Assembly: GCA_900088475.1 (NCBI GenBank)
Contig: FLMG01004613.1
Coordinates: 1 to 49,124, forward strand
DNA length: 49,124 nt
Reading direction: 5' to 3'
Source: Hyphochytrium catenoides
Taxonomy: Eukaryota; Protista; Hyphochytriomycota
Below the pieces are notes generated by a model, which worked only from the letters and a program-made list of their open reading frames with translations, was not told the origin of the DNA and did no database searches. Positions 38,370 to 49,124 of this stretch are shown in pieces; the stretch's first letter is position 1; the number at the start of each line of letters is the position of its first letter. Both the position numbers and the translations under genes were made by a program.

Positions 38370-38807
38370 AAAATGAAGAGCGGCAAGTTTATTTAATTGT
38401 GAGACTTGGGTCGTCCCTCCCGGTACCCGGACTCTCGACACCTTATAACACAAAGCTCTAGACTAGACATGATGAATGCTATTTTCTAAATTAAAGTTTG
38501 GGCCGAACGCAATTTAGAAGCGTTCAAAATGCTATTCGCGCCAGTTGATATTGATTTGCGCGCTGCAGTCTCCAGCTAAATTTTCTATTGTACGTGTGAA
38601 TCGCAATAGAAAGTTCTCATGACGACAGGACTTTTGCCAAGATTCTGACGTTTGGTTAGCCCGCATGGCTTTTAAGTCTCCAAGGTCTGTGGAGCGGAAT
38701 TCAGAGCCTCCAGATTTTTCGGTGCCATTTTTACTTTTACAGTCGCCGCTGTTCTTCGTTATAGAGACATCTTTGCGCGTTGAGGCTGTCCTCAACTTGT
38801 GCCAAAG

Positions 38808-39292
38808 ATGTCCTCTTTTCCCATGCGGGACGCTCACGTAACGAATAGGGGATGGGTGCCCTCCATCGAACAAGACAGGAGATATGAACACGGCTTTAGA
38901 GATCCTGAGCCAGTTATGGCATCTGAGACAGACTACTACCAGGACAACTCGACACGGGGCAATAGTAGGATACAACAAGGTGGATCGCATCAGATGCAGG
39001 GAAACGACAACAGTTCGGGGACATCTACAAACCTAAGCTTTGCATTCGCTAAGAGATCGAAGGTCGTCCGCAGAAACCGTAACGGGTTGGTGATTGTTGA
39101 AGGCCAGGACTCCGTATTAGCTTCGAACAACCGTGATGGAGAAGAGGCGATATTTGAAGCACCAGTGGTAGGCGTTACTCGGACTTACGCCCTAGAGTGA
39201 CTAACTAGACTATGGCGGACCTTGCTTGCTGCCTTGTCTTAATTAGCGCGCTGGCTGTGTTGCTGGAGATGACACAGCGTTCAACGTCTTGA
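38808..39292 (+). CDS. Hypothetical orphan protein (possible 41-nt intron 39168-39208; hydrophobic C-terminus)
   Basis: Open frame from ATG 38808 with hydrophilic, coding-like composition. Candidate intron GTG|GTAGGC...CTAACTAG|. No recognisable domain. Confidence 0.3.
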
Positions 39293-40239
39293 CTAGCAAT
39301 TGCACTTCTAGTCGCACAACTCAAAGGAAACACGAGCTGTACTGGGATCGTGCAAGACCGAGTGATGGACAATCTCAAGGTAGGATTGAGCCAAGCTCTC
39401 TCTTCACCATCTGCAAGTATAGTCGAGACCAAAGTACCGTACAGGTTCCTGCGAGGTTTGGCCGATTATAAGCTAACTTCACCACGCTACCTCTTAGCTA
39501 TTAAAAGGTTCAAAGAGAACTTCACAGCAAAGTTTAAGGACTCATTTTCAGTCCCCCAACAAGCCGCTACCCAGCCAACTGCCATCGCTCCTGGGCTGAG
39601 AAGCTATCTGGACCGGGCTGGCGTGAGTAGAGGCAACGCTACGCGGCTTGGTCCTTGGAACTCCGGTGGCACCACTTTTCCTCAACAGCTTCCAGGCCAC
39701 TTCAAGCAATCGTCGCTGTTCCTCCATTGATGCGAGACTGCGAGAAAGACGATCTATTCAACGTTCGTACGGACCAGAAGAGGGGAGGACTGGCTGGAAC
39801 AACATGCCAATGTTTTTGTATAAAGCCCTTTACTTCTTACTACTACTGTACTAGAATTTACATTTCTACCTGTCCAGAAGAGCCAATTTCATTATCTCAC
39901 AATTTTGAAATTCTGTGGTTGGCGCCAACAACAATGACAGAGTTTACCCCAATTGTGAGGATGTTTAGCTGATGATGATCCAAGAATTCAGATATCGCAT
40001 AAACCTTCTAGTACTAGTAGCCCCAAGAAGCTTTCATGAGTCGACAGAAGAAGGACAGCACGATTGGTACTTGGATGAAGCGCAACCGTGTAATTTGTGG
40101 CCTTCACTGATGCTTCTCCACCCTTATTGCTGATAAACGGTGGACGTATCTAGCTTGCATTTGCCATGAGAGCAACATAGTGGCGCACACAGGTGCAGGA
40201 GCTTCCTTGCAGAAACAGCCTGACAGTGAGTACGGGACG

Positions 40240-43079
40240 ATGGAGGTCGGGAGGCTGGCTGATCTGTCCTCCCTCTACGAGCAAGTCAAGAATTTGTGCC
40301 AGGCAGAGGTACGGATGGCTTTTCTAGCCTTTCTCGCTGATTCTATCACCGCCTAGTGAGGGCCATATATGTGTATGGCCCTTGCTGCACTGACCACCCC
40401 TCCTGTCTAGCTCTATCAGTCAGCAGTCACAGTAGGAGGAATCCTGGTGAGCAAGGCCCAGAATCTGGTCAGTCAGGGGATCCAGACCTCGCCACCCATC
40501 TATACCTGTACAATAGCTTTTGCGGACGCACTCTATGGAAAGCGGGAGTACCGGCGTTCCCTGGTAGGACCCTGCATATCATTTCACTTCATCGGAAGGA
40601 CAAGTCGTTGGCTGATACACGTTTCCGCAGCATTTCTACCAGCAGGGCCAAGAACAGCTGCGGTTGATTGACTCGACTTCTCTAGAAGAGCGATCTTCAC
40701 GGCGAGAGCTGGAGATCCGGCTAAACTTTAGGCAGGCACAATGTCATGAAAAGCTCAACGAGCAATCAAAGGCTTTACCTCTGGTAAGGAATGTGTAAAG
40801 CGGAAAGGGAGCTGCGTATAGCTCCGCGTGCTTTATTATGTCTGAACCCTCAAATAGTTAGACAAAATACCTCGCAAGGCCAGAACCCTCGAGATGCATG
40901 TCGCCTCCGGACGAATATCTGCGAAGCTTGGGCTAAAAAAGTATGTGACCTCGTGATAAGAAGACATAGTTATCTGTAACGGGCTGAGTGAGATGGGTCT
41001 ACTCTGTTTCTGTCTGGCTTTCTCCCGGTAGGACTGCGATTATTGGCTATAAAGATGCGCTAAGGTGAGCGTCTAGTGGAGCTGGTCTTGCTTGACCGCA
41101 TAACCCTTCACACTTAATCGTCACCACCACCCTGTCAGATTAAACCCTTACGCCTTAGAATGCGTCGAGGCCCTTCTTACTCTCGGTTACCCGCCTGCTG
41201 AACTTCGTGATCTGCTGGCTGATTGTACCGTTCCCAATCGCGAAGACGGGACCTTATTGAGGTCCTTTGGGCACAGTCACGCCCTAGCGGCCGAGGGCCA
41301 GATCAGACGTAAGTAACAAGGGGTCAGACTGGCACGATACCTGATTACGTTTGCTGATTTTCATACAAGCTGCGTGGATGTTTGATGCTTCAAAAACTTT
41401 TTTCGATGTTTGCCTCTACTTTTCTCAGCCTAACCAACTTTCTCCCTAGAGTCCATACAAGCCTTCTCCGAATTGGAGCAGAGGTTACCACGACATGTGT
41501 ACTCTTTGCTCCAAATTGGACGCCTCCATTATGAGGCAGGCGATACCGATGAGTGTCTTTATATCTTCAAGAAGGTAGATACTTCCTAGAGAACTTTCAT
41601 TTCACCTGGTGATAAGTCTTAGCTGTCTGAGTAGGCAAGAGAGCTGGACCCCTTCAATCTTGACCACATGGATTTCTACGCCGCAGCCCTGAAAGAAACG
41701 AAGCCGGAGTCTGTCTTCCATTTGCACAGGTGTGTAGCATATGTCATCCTGGATATTGGCACACAGTTCTCCTGGCCAGAGCCGTACCCCATCCTGCCCT
41801 ACAATCTTTCCCAAGAGTTCTGCCGTCTACTACTTTAAATATGTATGACCGATTCAATGATGATCTTCTGCTAGCACTGTAGAGACGTTCTTGTCCATAG
41901 ATGAGCGCAGACCAGAGTCGTGGTTGGCAGCAGCCCACTTCAGTCATGGTAAAGGAGAACTTGAACGCGCAATATACTTTGCTGAGAAGGTGAGTTGTGA
42001 AACCGCAACGTCACGTTCACAGCGATGGTTGCGACCTTCCTTGCTTCTATGTTCGGGCATACAAATGAACCCCTAACTCTCCTTGGTGATAGGCTATTTC
42101 TCTGGATAGTCTTTATGCGGCTGCTTATGACTTGAAGGGCAAGCTCCTCCTTGCCCTGGGAAGAATACATGAAGCAGTTAACCCATTTTTTCAAGCAAAC
42201 TCCCTGAAGAAAGACTTAAGCACTTTCAAAGGCAAGTCTCAATTTTTTCACTTCCAACCCTTCTGTGGTGCTCACTGAGGTTTCTAGGCTTGGTCGAGGC
42301 TTATCTCGCTATTCCCAAGTATAAGGAAGCTCTTACGGTGGCTAAAGAAGCTCTTCAAATGCTTCCAAAGAGCCCTAAGGCAATCGCTCTCGTGGGGAGG
42401 GTGTTGGTGAAGGCTCCGGAAGGAAGAGAGAAGGTACTTTGGACCACCTCGATCATGATCATATCCTTCGGCTCTTCTCTCAACCATACAAACAGGCAAA
42501 GCGTGCGTTCAACAAGGCTTTAGCTTTGGACCCAAGCAATCTGGACGTCCTTGTCTCGCTGGTTGACGTCTATGTGGCCGAAAAGAACTACATGGAGCCT
42601 GAAAAATTGTGCGTCTTGGATCTTTAACTTTGCTCTCCTGCCGGTCCCTGCGACTTCCCCATGTCTCTCAGTCTTTATAAAGACCTCCTCACTATACTAA
42701 TCTGCTTCTCTTAATGCCTCACGTTGCCATCTTTTACCCCAAATTACTAATAGACTTAGGGGCTCCCTGGAAAAGCATGGCGATAATGCTCTTCTGCTAA
42801 CAGAGCTCGGCCATGTCCTAGCTCTGAAAAAGGAGTACGGCGAAGCTCTAGGATGTTACCATATGGCGCTCACGGTAGACCCGAACTATGTTAGCGCTAA
42901 TATGGGGCTAGAGAGAGTTGAAAAGTTGATGCGAGGAGTAGATCCCGATGCACCGACTGAAGATGAACAGCTTGAGGATGCTCCTCTAGAGGTGAGGACC
43001 CTAACCTTGTGAGTCTATGGTTGTCCCCACTGACAAGACTGTTCAACAGGGAGATGCAGACGGTGACTACGGCGATTAG
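40240..43079 (+). CDS. ANAPC7: Anaphase-promoting complex subunit 7 (TPR protein); multi-exon
   Basis: Spliced product: [91 protein letters not shown], and [18 protein letters not shown] near the C-terminus. Stop TAG at 43077-43079. Confidence 0.88.
42232..42287 (+). other. GC-AG intron in APC7
   Basis: AAAG|GCAAGT ... TTCTAG|GC TTG restores STFKGLVEAYL. Confidence 0.8.
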
Positions 43080-43228
43080 GGATCGGATAAACGACACATG
43101 ATGCTAGTTCTACGCTGTGGGCCATCTGTCAGTCATAGCCTTTGGAAAGGGGATGACACAGCATAGCATGATGATAACCGGGTGTGCATGGGGGTAGGAG
43201 AGAAAGAGATGCTTGTCACTTTGTCTCG

Positions 43229-44085
43229 CTATGCTGCAGCGTTTGGCTGCATTCGGTGATTATGTGAGGCCGCCTCTTCAATCATAGCGTTCGAGATGCT
43301 CCCATTCTGCCGAGGATCATGTTCTTGGTTGTTGTCCTCCTTCAAGGGAGGACTCTTGGGGACCATCCTCGCTTCCTTTCTAATCTCTCTTAAAAGATCA
43401 TCCAGTTCTTGGTCCATGTTCGCAATATCACTATCAAGACGAGACATCTCTTTCTTCATCCGATGAATGCGCTGGGGATGGCCCCTATCTCCAGCTCCGC
43501 AGCATTGCCATAGGACTTGGACCAACACGTGGAGTACGACTATAGTTCCGCATAGCAGGAACATAGAGACCACCGGGTTCGAGCTGCCTAAGAGTTTGAG
43601 CATTTCTGCAACCTGTTAAACGGGGGAAAGGGTATGGTACGTGTCAAGTGGAAGCTGCTTACGGAACATGATGCGAAGATGGACTAGAGTTGACGAGAGA
43701 GATGCAAGAATGTTGCCTTTCAACGAGCTGAAGGGATTAATGCCCGTCAGGTTCTAGGCGAGATAATAAAAAAAAGCAGAGATACGTCAAGGCAGCCGTA
43801 CCTTGCCATCTTCGACACCTTGCACAGACCTAATGAAGGCATCTATAACCCGCCAGACCGTTGGCTCCAACGGTTCTCGGACGTGTGCAAGCCAGCTTGC
43901 TCCCCAAGGCAGCAGGCAATGTCGCCAGAATAGCGCTAACGGCACACATCCAACGAGAGAACAGAGAATGTCCCTCCGCTCGAGGCCCCATGGCCCCATC
44001 TGTACGTTGTGCAGAGAACTAAGAAGTCTCTCCAAGGGATAGAAGATCTCCTGCTTGATGATAAACTCACTCCCACGAAGTGCTT
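43229..44085 (-). CDS. Hypothetical membrane protein with C-terminal coiled coil; 5' exon not resolved
   Basis: Two ORF blocks join in phase (EDGK|GTACGG...AACAG|VAEMLKL). TM-like VVSMFLLCGTIVVLHVLVQVLW is followed by heptad-like MKKEMSRLDSDIANMDQELDDLLREI. Confidence 0.55.
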
Positions 44086-44160
44086 CTACCCCACGCAAGG
44101 AGGAAAGAAAGAGATTGCCCGGCAGCGACTCTCAGTTTGGTTTGCAGCAGAACAAGAGTG

Positions 44161-44212
44161 GAGAGAGATAGAAAGAGAACGAGAGAGAGATAGAAAGAAA
44201 GGGAGAGAGAGA

Positions 44213-44244
<32 letters not shown>

Positions 44245-44245
44245 C
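44161..44245. repeat. (GA)n microsatellite
   Basis: Long imperfect GA run seen directly. Confidence 0.9.
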
Positions 44246-44383
44246 AACAATCATAAGAACAGACAATCATCTTCAACAATGACCGAGCTACACGACATTG
44301 CCTCGGTACCAAGGGCCTCAGTTCTGTGCTCATCGAAAGGACACAAGACCAACTTTCGTGGACATGCCAGGCTCTATGGAAGG

Positions 44384-44390
44384 AAAAAAA
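44384..44390 (-). terminator. RNA polymerase III oligo-dT terminator of the tRNA gene
   Basis: T7 on the minus strand, 4 nt downstream of the discriminator base. Confidence 0.85.
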
Positions 44391-44394
44391 GTCA

Positions 44395-44467
44395 TGTTCA
44401 TGCCCGGAATTGAACCGGGGACCTACCGTACGTCAAACGGTCGTGATAACCACTACACCACACGAAC
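44395..44467 (-). tRNA. trnV-GAC: tRNA-Val, anticodon GAC, intronless, 73 nt
   Basis: Reverse complement: GTTCGTG TG GTGTAGTGGTTATCAC G ACCGT TTGACGT ACGGT AGGTC CCCGG TTCAATT CCGGG CATGAAC A. It has a 7-bp acceptor stem (one G-U), perfect anticodon and T stems, A-box/B-box, discriminator A73 and no encoded CCA. Confidence 0.95.
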
Positions 44468-44999
44468 ATTGAAGCTGATAGAACCGATATAATACTCTAA
44501 CATAAACCAAGCCGCAATAAAGCAGGTGTCCAACTGTTGACGATTGAAGTTGATGGATCAGCGCATCAGCGCTTGTGGAGGAGGGGTCTTTCTTCTTAGA
44601 GATCTCACAGCTTGGCAGGCACGTCTGCTGAGCAAGTCTGCCGTACTTGGGGAGCTAGCTGAGGATGGGAGCCCTAGATCTCACGTATAGCTATCACATA
44701 CACTCTCTCACTCAGATCTCCGTTGTCTCGGATACGGCAAAGATGCGGTTCAAGAAGCAGACTCATCCCCAGTCAGGGAAAGTCTTACTCGAGTCTCAAC
44801 CGGTAACAAGGGTCTATGAGAGTTATTCTTCCCGTCACCCTGGGCTGTCTGTTCATATTCTAGCTCCTCGCGCAGCGCTGAGATATTTGAGGCCCAAGGG
44901 ACAGTCTAGGATACTTTCAAGGAGCAATCGGCAAGGCGAGAGAGAGTTTCTAAAGAACCATTCAGTTAGAGGATATGTACAAGCTAAAGCTATCTATCA

Positions 45000-47900
45000 T
45001 CAGACGGAAATCTGCCTCCGAACACTTTTCCCTGCGGCAGATCCTGCCGGTCCTGCCGTCTTTTTAGCGGCCCAGGACTGAGCTAAGCTCTCTCCATGCA
45101 CCATCCTCAGATGATTGGAAAGAATCGAAGCTATCTCAGCGTTCTGGGCCACTTTGAGCGCCTTCTCCACCGTCCAATTATCCACGTTCTGCAGAAGGAA
45201 AATGACCACCTGCTTTGCTCCCGCCGCGACGGCTATCTTGAAGGACCCGGCGATGACCTCACGACTAACACAACTACAAAGATGGTCCAGCTGTGGAGAG
45301 GGGCAGCAAACAAAGCAAGAGAAATGATGGCCAGAGAGGTCAGACCCATGAGCATAGTCATTTGTCTCCAGTTAGCAGAGAATCAGTCAAATAAGAGAGG
45401 CTGCGCTACAGAGAGTGTGCAAGTGTCACGTAATCCTAGGTATTAAGATGTAGCCCTGGAGAGAGAGGTACAGAGGTTCTCCAATAACGGGCTCTAGACT
45501 GGGCTCAAGCCACTAACCACTCACCACTTCTAAGTGACCTCCCAGCACTGCCGCGTCCATCACTTGCTTTTGCTGACATGAGAAGGGTAACAAGAGAATG
45601 TCATAAGTTTGTCAACTACCACTCTGGACGACTTGTCATCCTTTGTCCGGTCCTCTCTGACTCTGCTGCGGCCTTTTGTCTATCAGCCCATTTGCTTGGA
45701 TCTTTGACTCTATTGAACACCTTCCATTATTTTGCTCCATTCTCACCTCTGATACGTCCATGTGGGGAGTTAGCAACCTCGTGGCCTCAAGATGGCCTCG
45801 ATTGACAGCGATTTCTAGAAGATCCTCAACATGGAAATCCTCAATATCACAGACTGCCATGAATTCCCGGAGAATCTGCAAGTAAAGAGATGTTTTCAGG
45901 GTGAAAATCAGTTGGCAAAAAGACCGCCAGAGATAGGGAAAGCCAGGATGAGGACCGAGCAGAGAGCCACTTGGAAGGCTAGCGCTCAGAAGGTGAAAGC
46001 CAGATGTTGGCCGTTTACAAGGATCCAGACAATATTTGCGAGAGAACTTAAGATCTTGATAGCAGGAAGAGCAGGACACGATATATGCAAGAGCTATAAG
46101 AAGGCAAGAGTACTCCGTACATTTACATGTCCATGAGTCACAGCGATGTGCATGCCTTCATTAAGGACATCGTGGTCGCAGTCCAGCCGCTGCAGAATCA
46201 CATTAAAGCCAACCGGATCGCCCGTAGTGCATGCTCGGTAGTACGCTTCTAAGATTTCCTTATAATTCATTCCTCGCTTGTCCTCAGCATTGTTGGAGAC
46301 GGGTGCAGAGCCTAGGTTGGGCCCCGCTGTTCTTCCGCTTCGCGTCCTACCCGATAGGCTTCCTAGTCCCAGGCTGGCATTGTCTTCGTCGGATCTGACA
46401 CTGGTCATGCCGCTTCTTGGAGCTTTTTGTCCTCTTTCTCTTTCATCTTCCTCCAAGTCCTCGGCAGGTAGAGCATGCCCCTCACTGGCAAAGAAAGCTC
46501 GTCGTCTTCTTCCTGGTGAGGGAACAGCGGATGGGTCTGCTGAAGGAGCAGTCGGTCTTGAGCGCCGGAAGAGGGCAGATATAGCCACGTGCGGCTTGAA
46601 CCATTCTTTTCCCTTAGAATGCCATCCTTTTGGGCTTCTTGCAGCTCCGGCACCTGCGCTTGCTCTTCGGACGGCTGAAGGGTTCGCATTTGAGTTGCTA
46701 TCCTTGTCTTTATCGGCGTGCACCCGATCTCTCTCTTCCAGAAGTGCAGTGAGCTGATCTAGTTTCTTTTGCATGCCTAATAAGACCTCAGCATCAACCT
46801 CTGTCTTTCTCCGTCCTCTCTTTTTCTTCTGAGAGGAAGTGGAGTCTTGTCTTGTGAGCCGCGATGGTGCGGTCTTCGTGCTTCTAACGCTATTGCTGCT
46901 CTTTTGCTTTCGCAACGCTCGCTTGGAGTCTGCTGTGACCCCTCCTGTCTCTATTTTTCCCTTAGAGGACAACCCAAAAAGGCTTCTAGCAATCTTAGCC
47001 AAAGAAAGGGAGCGCTTCTGCCTTGCTGGTGGTATCCTTCTCTTCTCAGGACCCTGCAAGAGCGAACGAAGTGTCCCCAGAGAGTTTTGACGTTAGCTGC
47101 AAGAGTAACGCTAGCGAAGGACTGTGGAGCGTGAAGGGAAGTAAAGTGCGACATAGAACGATTCCTACCTCTTCTATCTCCTCCTCCTCGTCACCACTTG
47201 TACCGACGCTATCATTATCCCTGGCTGAGGCTAGGCCAGAATGACTCTCGCCCCGATCGGTTTCATCGTACTCGTCTCTAGTGCTTTCATCCTCTGGCTC
47301 TTCCGGTGCATTGTTAGGGCTTGTCATCTTTACGGCCCTTCTACTCTCTTCTGAACCTCCCACCGTATGCCGTCTCTTGCCATCTGTCTGGTTAGAGAAA
47401 GAAGATGAGGGGGAAGTGCTTCCATGTATGGCGAGTCCCAAGAGAGAATCTTTCATTCTGCTAAAGCCATTCATTTCCTTCGCCGTGAGACCTGAAGAGT
47501 TCTTTATGCTATAGTTAGCTCCTGCCTGCAAGAGACAGTCGGCCACCTCTGGATGGTTGTACAGGTAGCAATAATGGAGTGCAGTGTTCCCTCGACGCTG
47601 GCAGGGAGCCGAAGGGCAGCAGGAAGAAGAACAGGAAGCAGCAGGGACAGTGTGGGAGACATTAAGGACCGAGAAAAGCCATGGTATCAGGAGTGCCGTG
47701 CGTGTGTATGATGAGAGAGAGGAGAGTACACAGATGAGAGAGAGTAAGAAAGAGGGGAAGTCAGTGTGGCTCCATAGAGGAAGCTAAGTAGATTGGTGAG
47801 CCTGAAGAAGAAGTGATACTGGAAGAAAAGGTACCGCAGTGGGAAGAGTGACGCATAATCCGAAGGAGCGTGCGGCATTGGGAAGGGTCAGACTTGAGCG

Positions 47901-48240
47901 GAAGGGGACACAATGAAAAAGCGAAGCACTTCGTGGAAGAGGAAGTTGTTCAGAAGATTGTCTAGGAAGTACCGACGGATGAGAATAGAGAGAAAGAGCG
48001 AGCAGATCGATCAGCGAAGAAATGTTTATAGTTGCTCACGTTCTGGTAGTCAATGTTGGTGCCTCTTTTGATGAGCAGCTTCGCCAGGCTCTTATGTCCA
48101 TTCTGAGCAGCGATTATAAGCAAAGAGTTTCCGAACTCGTCAGTGACATTCAAGTCAAAAGACGGATCCTCCAGATGCTTTTGAAGGAGTGGCAGGCGGT
48201 TGTGCCGTGCCAGACTGAAGACTTCGGAGCTCATCGTCAT
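45000..48240 (-). CDS. Ankyrin-repeat protein: N-terminal ANK cluster, long disordered middle, degenerate C-terminal ANK cluster
   Basis: VFSLARHNR-DEFGNSLLIIAAQNGHKSLAKLLIKRG-QN|RRGNTALHYCYLYNH. Then acidic and Ser/Arg/Lys-rich linkers, followed by MHIAVTHGHVN, LEIAVNRGHLE and MDAAVLGGHLEV. Junctions are phase-compatible. Confidence 0.82.
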
Positions 48241-48599
48241 TGTCTTTAACTGTCAACACTCTTTCCGGTGCTTTTTATCGTCTTCCACGTCGCCCTCTAC
48301 CTGATCGTCACTCTCAAAACTCCTCCAAAGAAATAGAGCTGTGAGAGGCTAGATCAACCATTTTCTCTCTCCACTGCTGCTAATAGCTCAGAGCCATGAA
48401 GGACAACAGCAGATAAGCAATCCCTTATGACCAATGAGTGACTAGCAGACAGCCTTCTTTAGTCCTTTCTGTCTCTATTAGACCCTATAAGAGGCGACAG
48501 AACAGTGCGGAAGGCATCGCTGAGGGCTTCTGATAGATTGTGCTTACGAACTTTGGACTTAGCGGCTGACTACCGCCGGTTCTTGCTCGGTCCTCATGA

Positions 48600-49080
48600 G
48601 CTTCCTTGGGTCTCTCTCCTTTCTTATCTCTCAACCATTTCTTCACTCCATCTTCTCTTCTCTTTTTCCTGTGTGTCTCTCTCGCCATTCTGCTTGTCTG
48701 TCAATATATCTGGCTTTCCATGTATCTCTTTCTCTATCATCTATTTTCCTTTTCCAAAATTTTCCTCTCAAAAAAGGCAAGCCTTCTCTTTTGGCTTGTC
48801 CTGTCTTCTCCCTCTCCTCTCTCAATCTGTCTCTCTCTTCGCTCGTCTTTCTCGATCTGTCTCTCTCTTTTTCTCTCTCTCTCTCTTGATCTGTCCTCTC
48901 TGTCTCTCTGTCCGCTTACTTCTCTCTCCCTCTCGGTCCATCTCTTCTCTCGATGTCGTTCATTCGTCTCTTTCTCTGCTTTCCTCTGTCTCCCACCTTA
49001 ATCTTCCTCTTAGCTCATCTCTGTCTATCATCCGCACTCTTCTTATGTGCTCTCTCTCCTCCTCTTCTCTTGATGGCTTG
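48600..49080. repeat. CT-rich low-complexity region
   Basis: Pyrimidine-rich (CT)n-like tracts. The overlapping Ser/Leu ORFs are artefacts. Confidence 0.8.
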
Positions 49081-49124
49081 AAACCGACCTCGGTCCGAGG
49101 GGCGTTCTGAAATACCTCTGATTA

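Noticed and set aside
39930-40085. SECIS-like ATGA...AA...GA patterns downstream of the orphan ORF
   Set aside because: Helix II cannot be formed with the required length or pairing in either candidate.
15756-43079. Cell-cycle cluster (DP and APC7)
   Set aside because: The genes are over 20 kb apart with unrelated sequence between them, which is compatible with chance.
1-49124. Alternative genetic code, or apparent excess of CTAG
   Set aside because: Stops inside track ORFs are explained by introns, and TAG and TGA both terminate genes normally. A rough count of CTAG in the first 4.5 kb was near random expectation.

Overview
Gene-dense, intron-rich eukaryotic nuclear DNA, not prokaryotic. 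It has GT-AG introns with CTAAC/CTGAC branch points, CT/GA microsatellites and the standard genetic code in the exons I traced. The lineage is probably a stramenopile (inference). Most short ORFs in the track are exon fragments or antisense noise. Gene order after manual splicing: MMAA/MeaB GTPase (+), ankyrin-DHHC palmitoyltransferase (-), a ~110-bp x3 tandem repeat, TBC1D22/Gyp1-like RabGAP (-), MidX/MfnL-like mitochondrial dynamin-superfamily GTPase (-), stand-alone MoaC (+, runs into an N gap), DP transcription factor (-), a ~20-kb, ~50-exon giant armadillo-repeat gene (+), an orphan ORF region, APC7 (+), an orphan membrane protein (-), a tRNA gene (-) and a split ankyrin protein (-). The most unusual signal is the tRNA: a eukaryote-type tRNA-Val body with a Pol III terminator, carrying a GAC anticodon and a bacterial-style U32/U38 loop. 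Other highlights are the mitochondria-targeted dynamin head-to-head with MoaC, and introns recurring at the same positions of the ARM repeat in the giant gene. All splicing was done by eye, so boundaries need RNA-seq confirmation.
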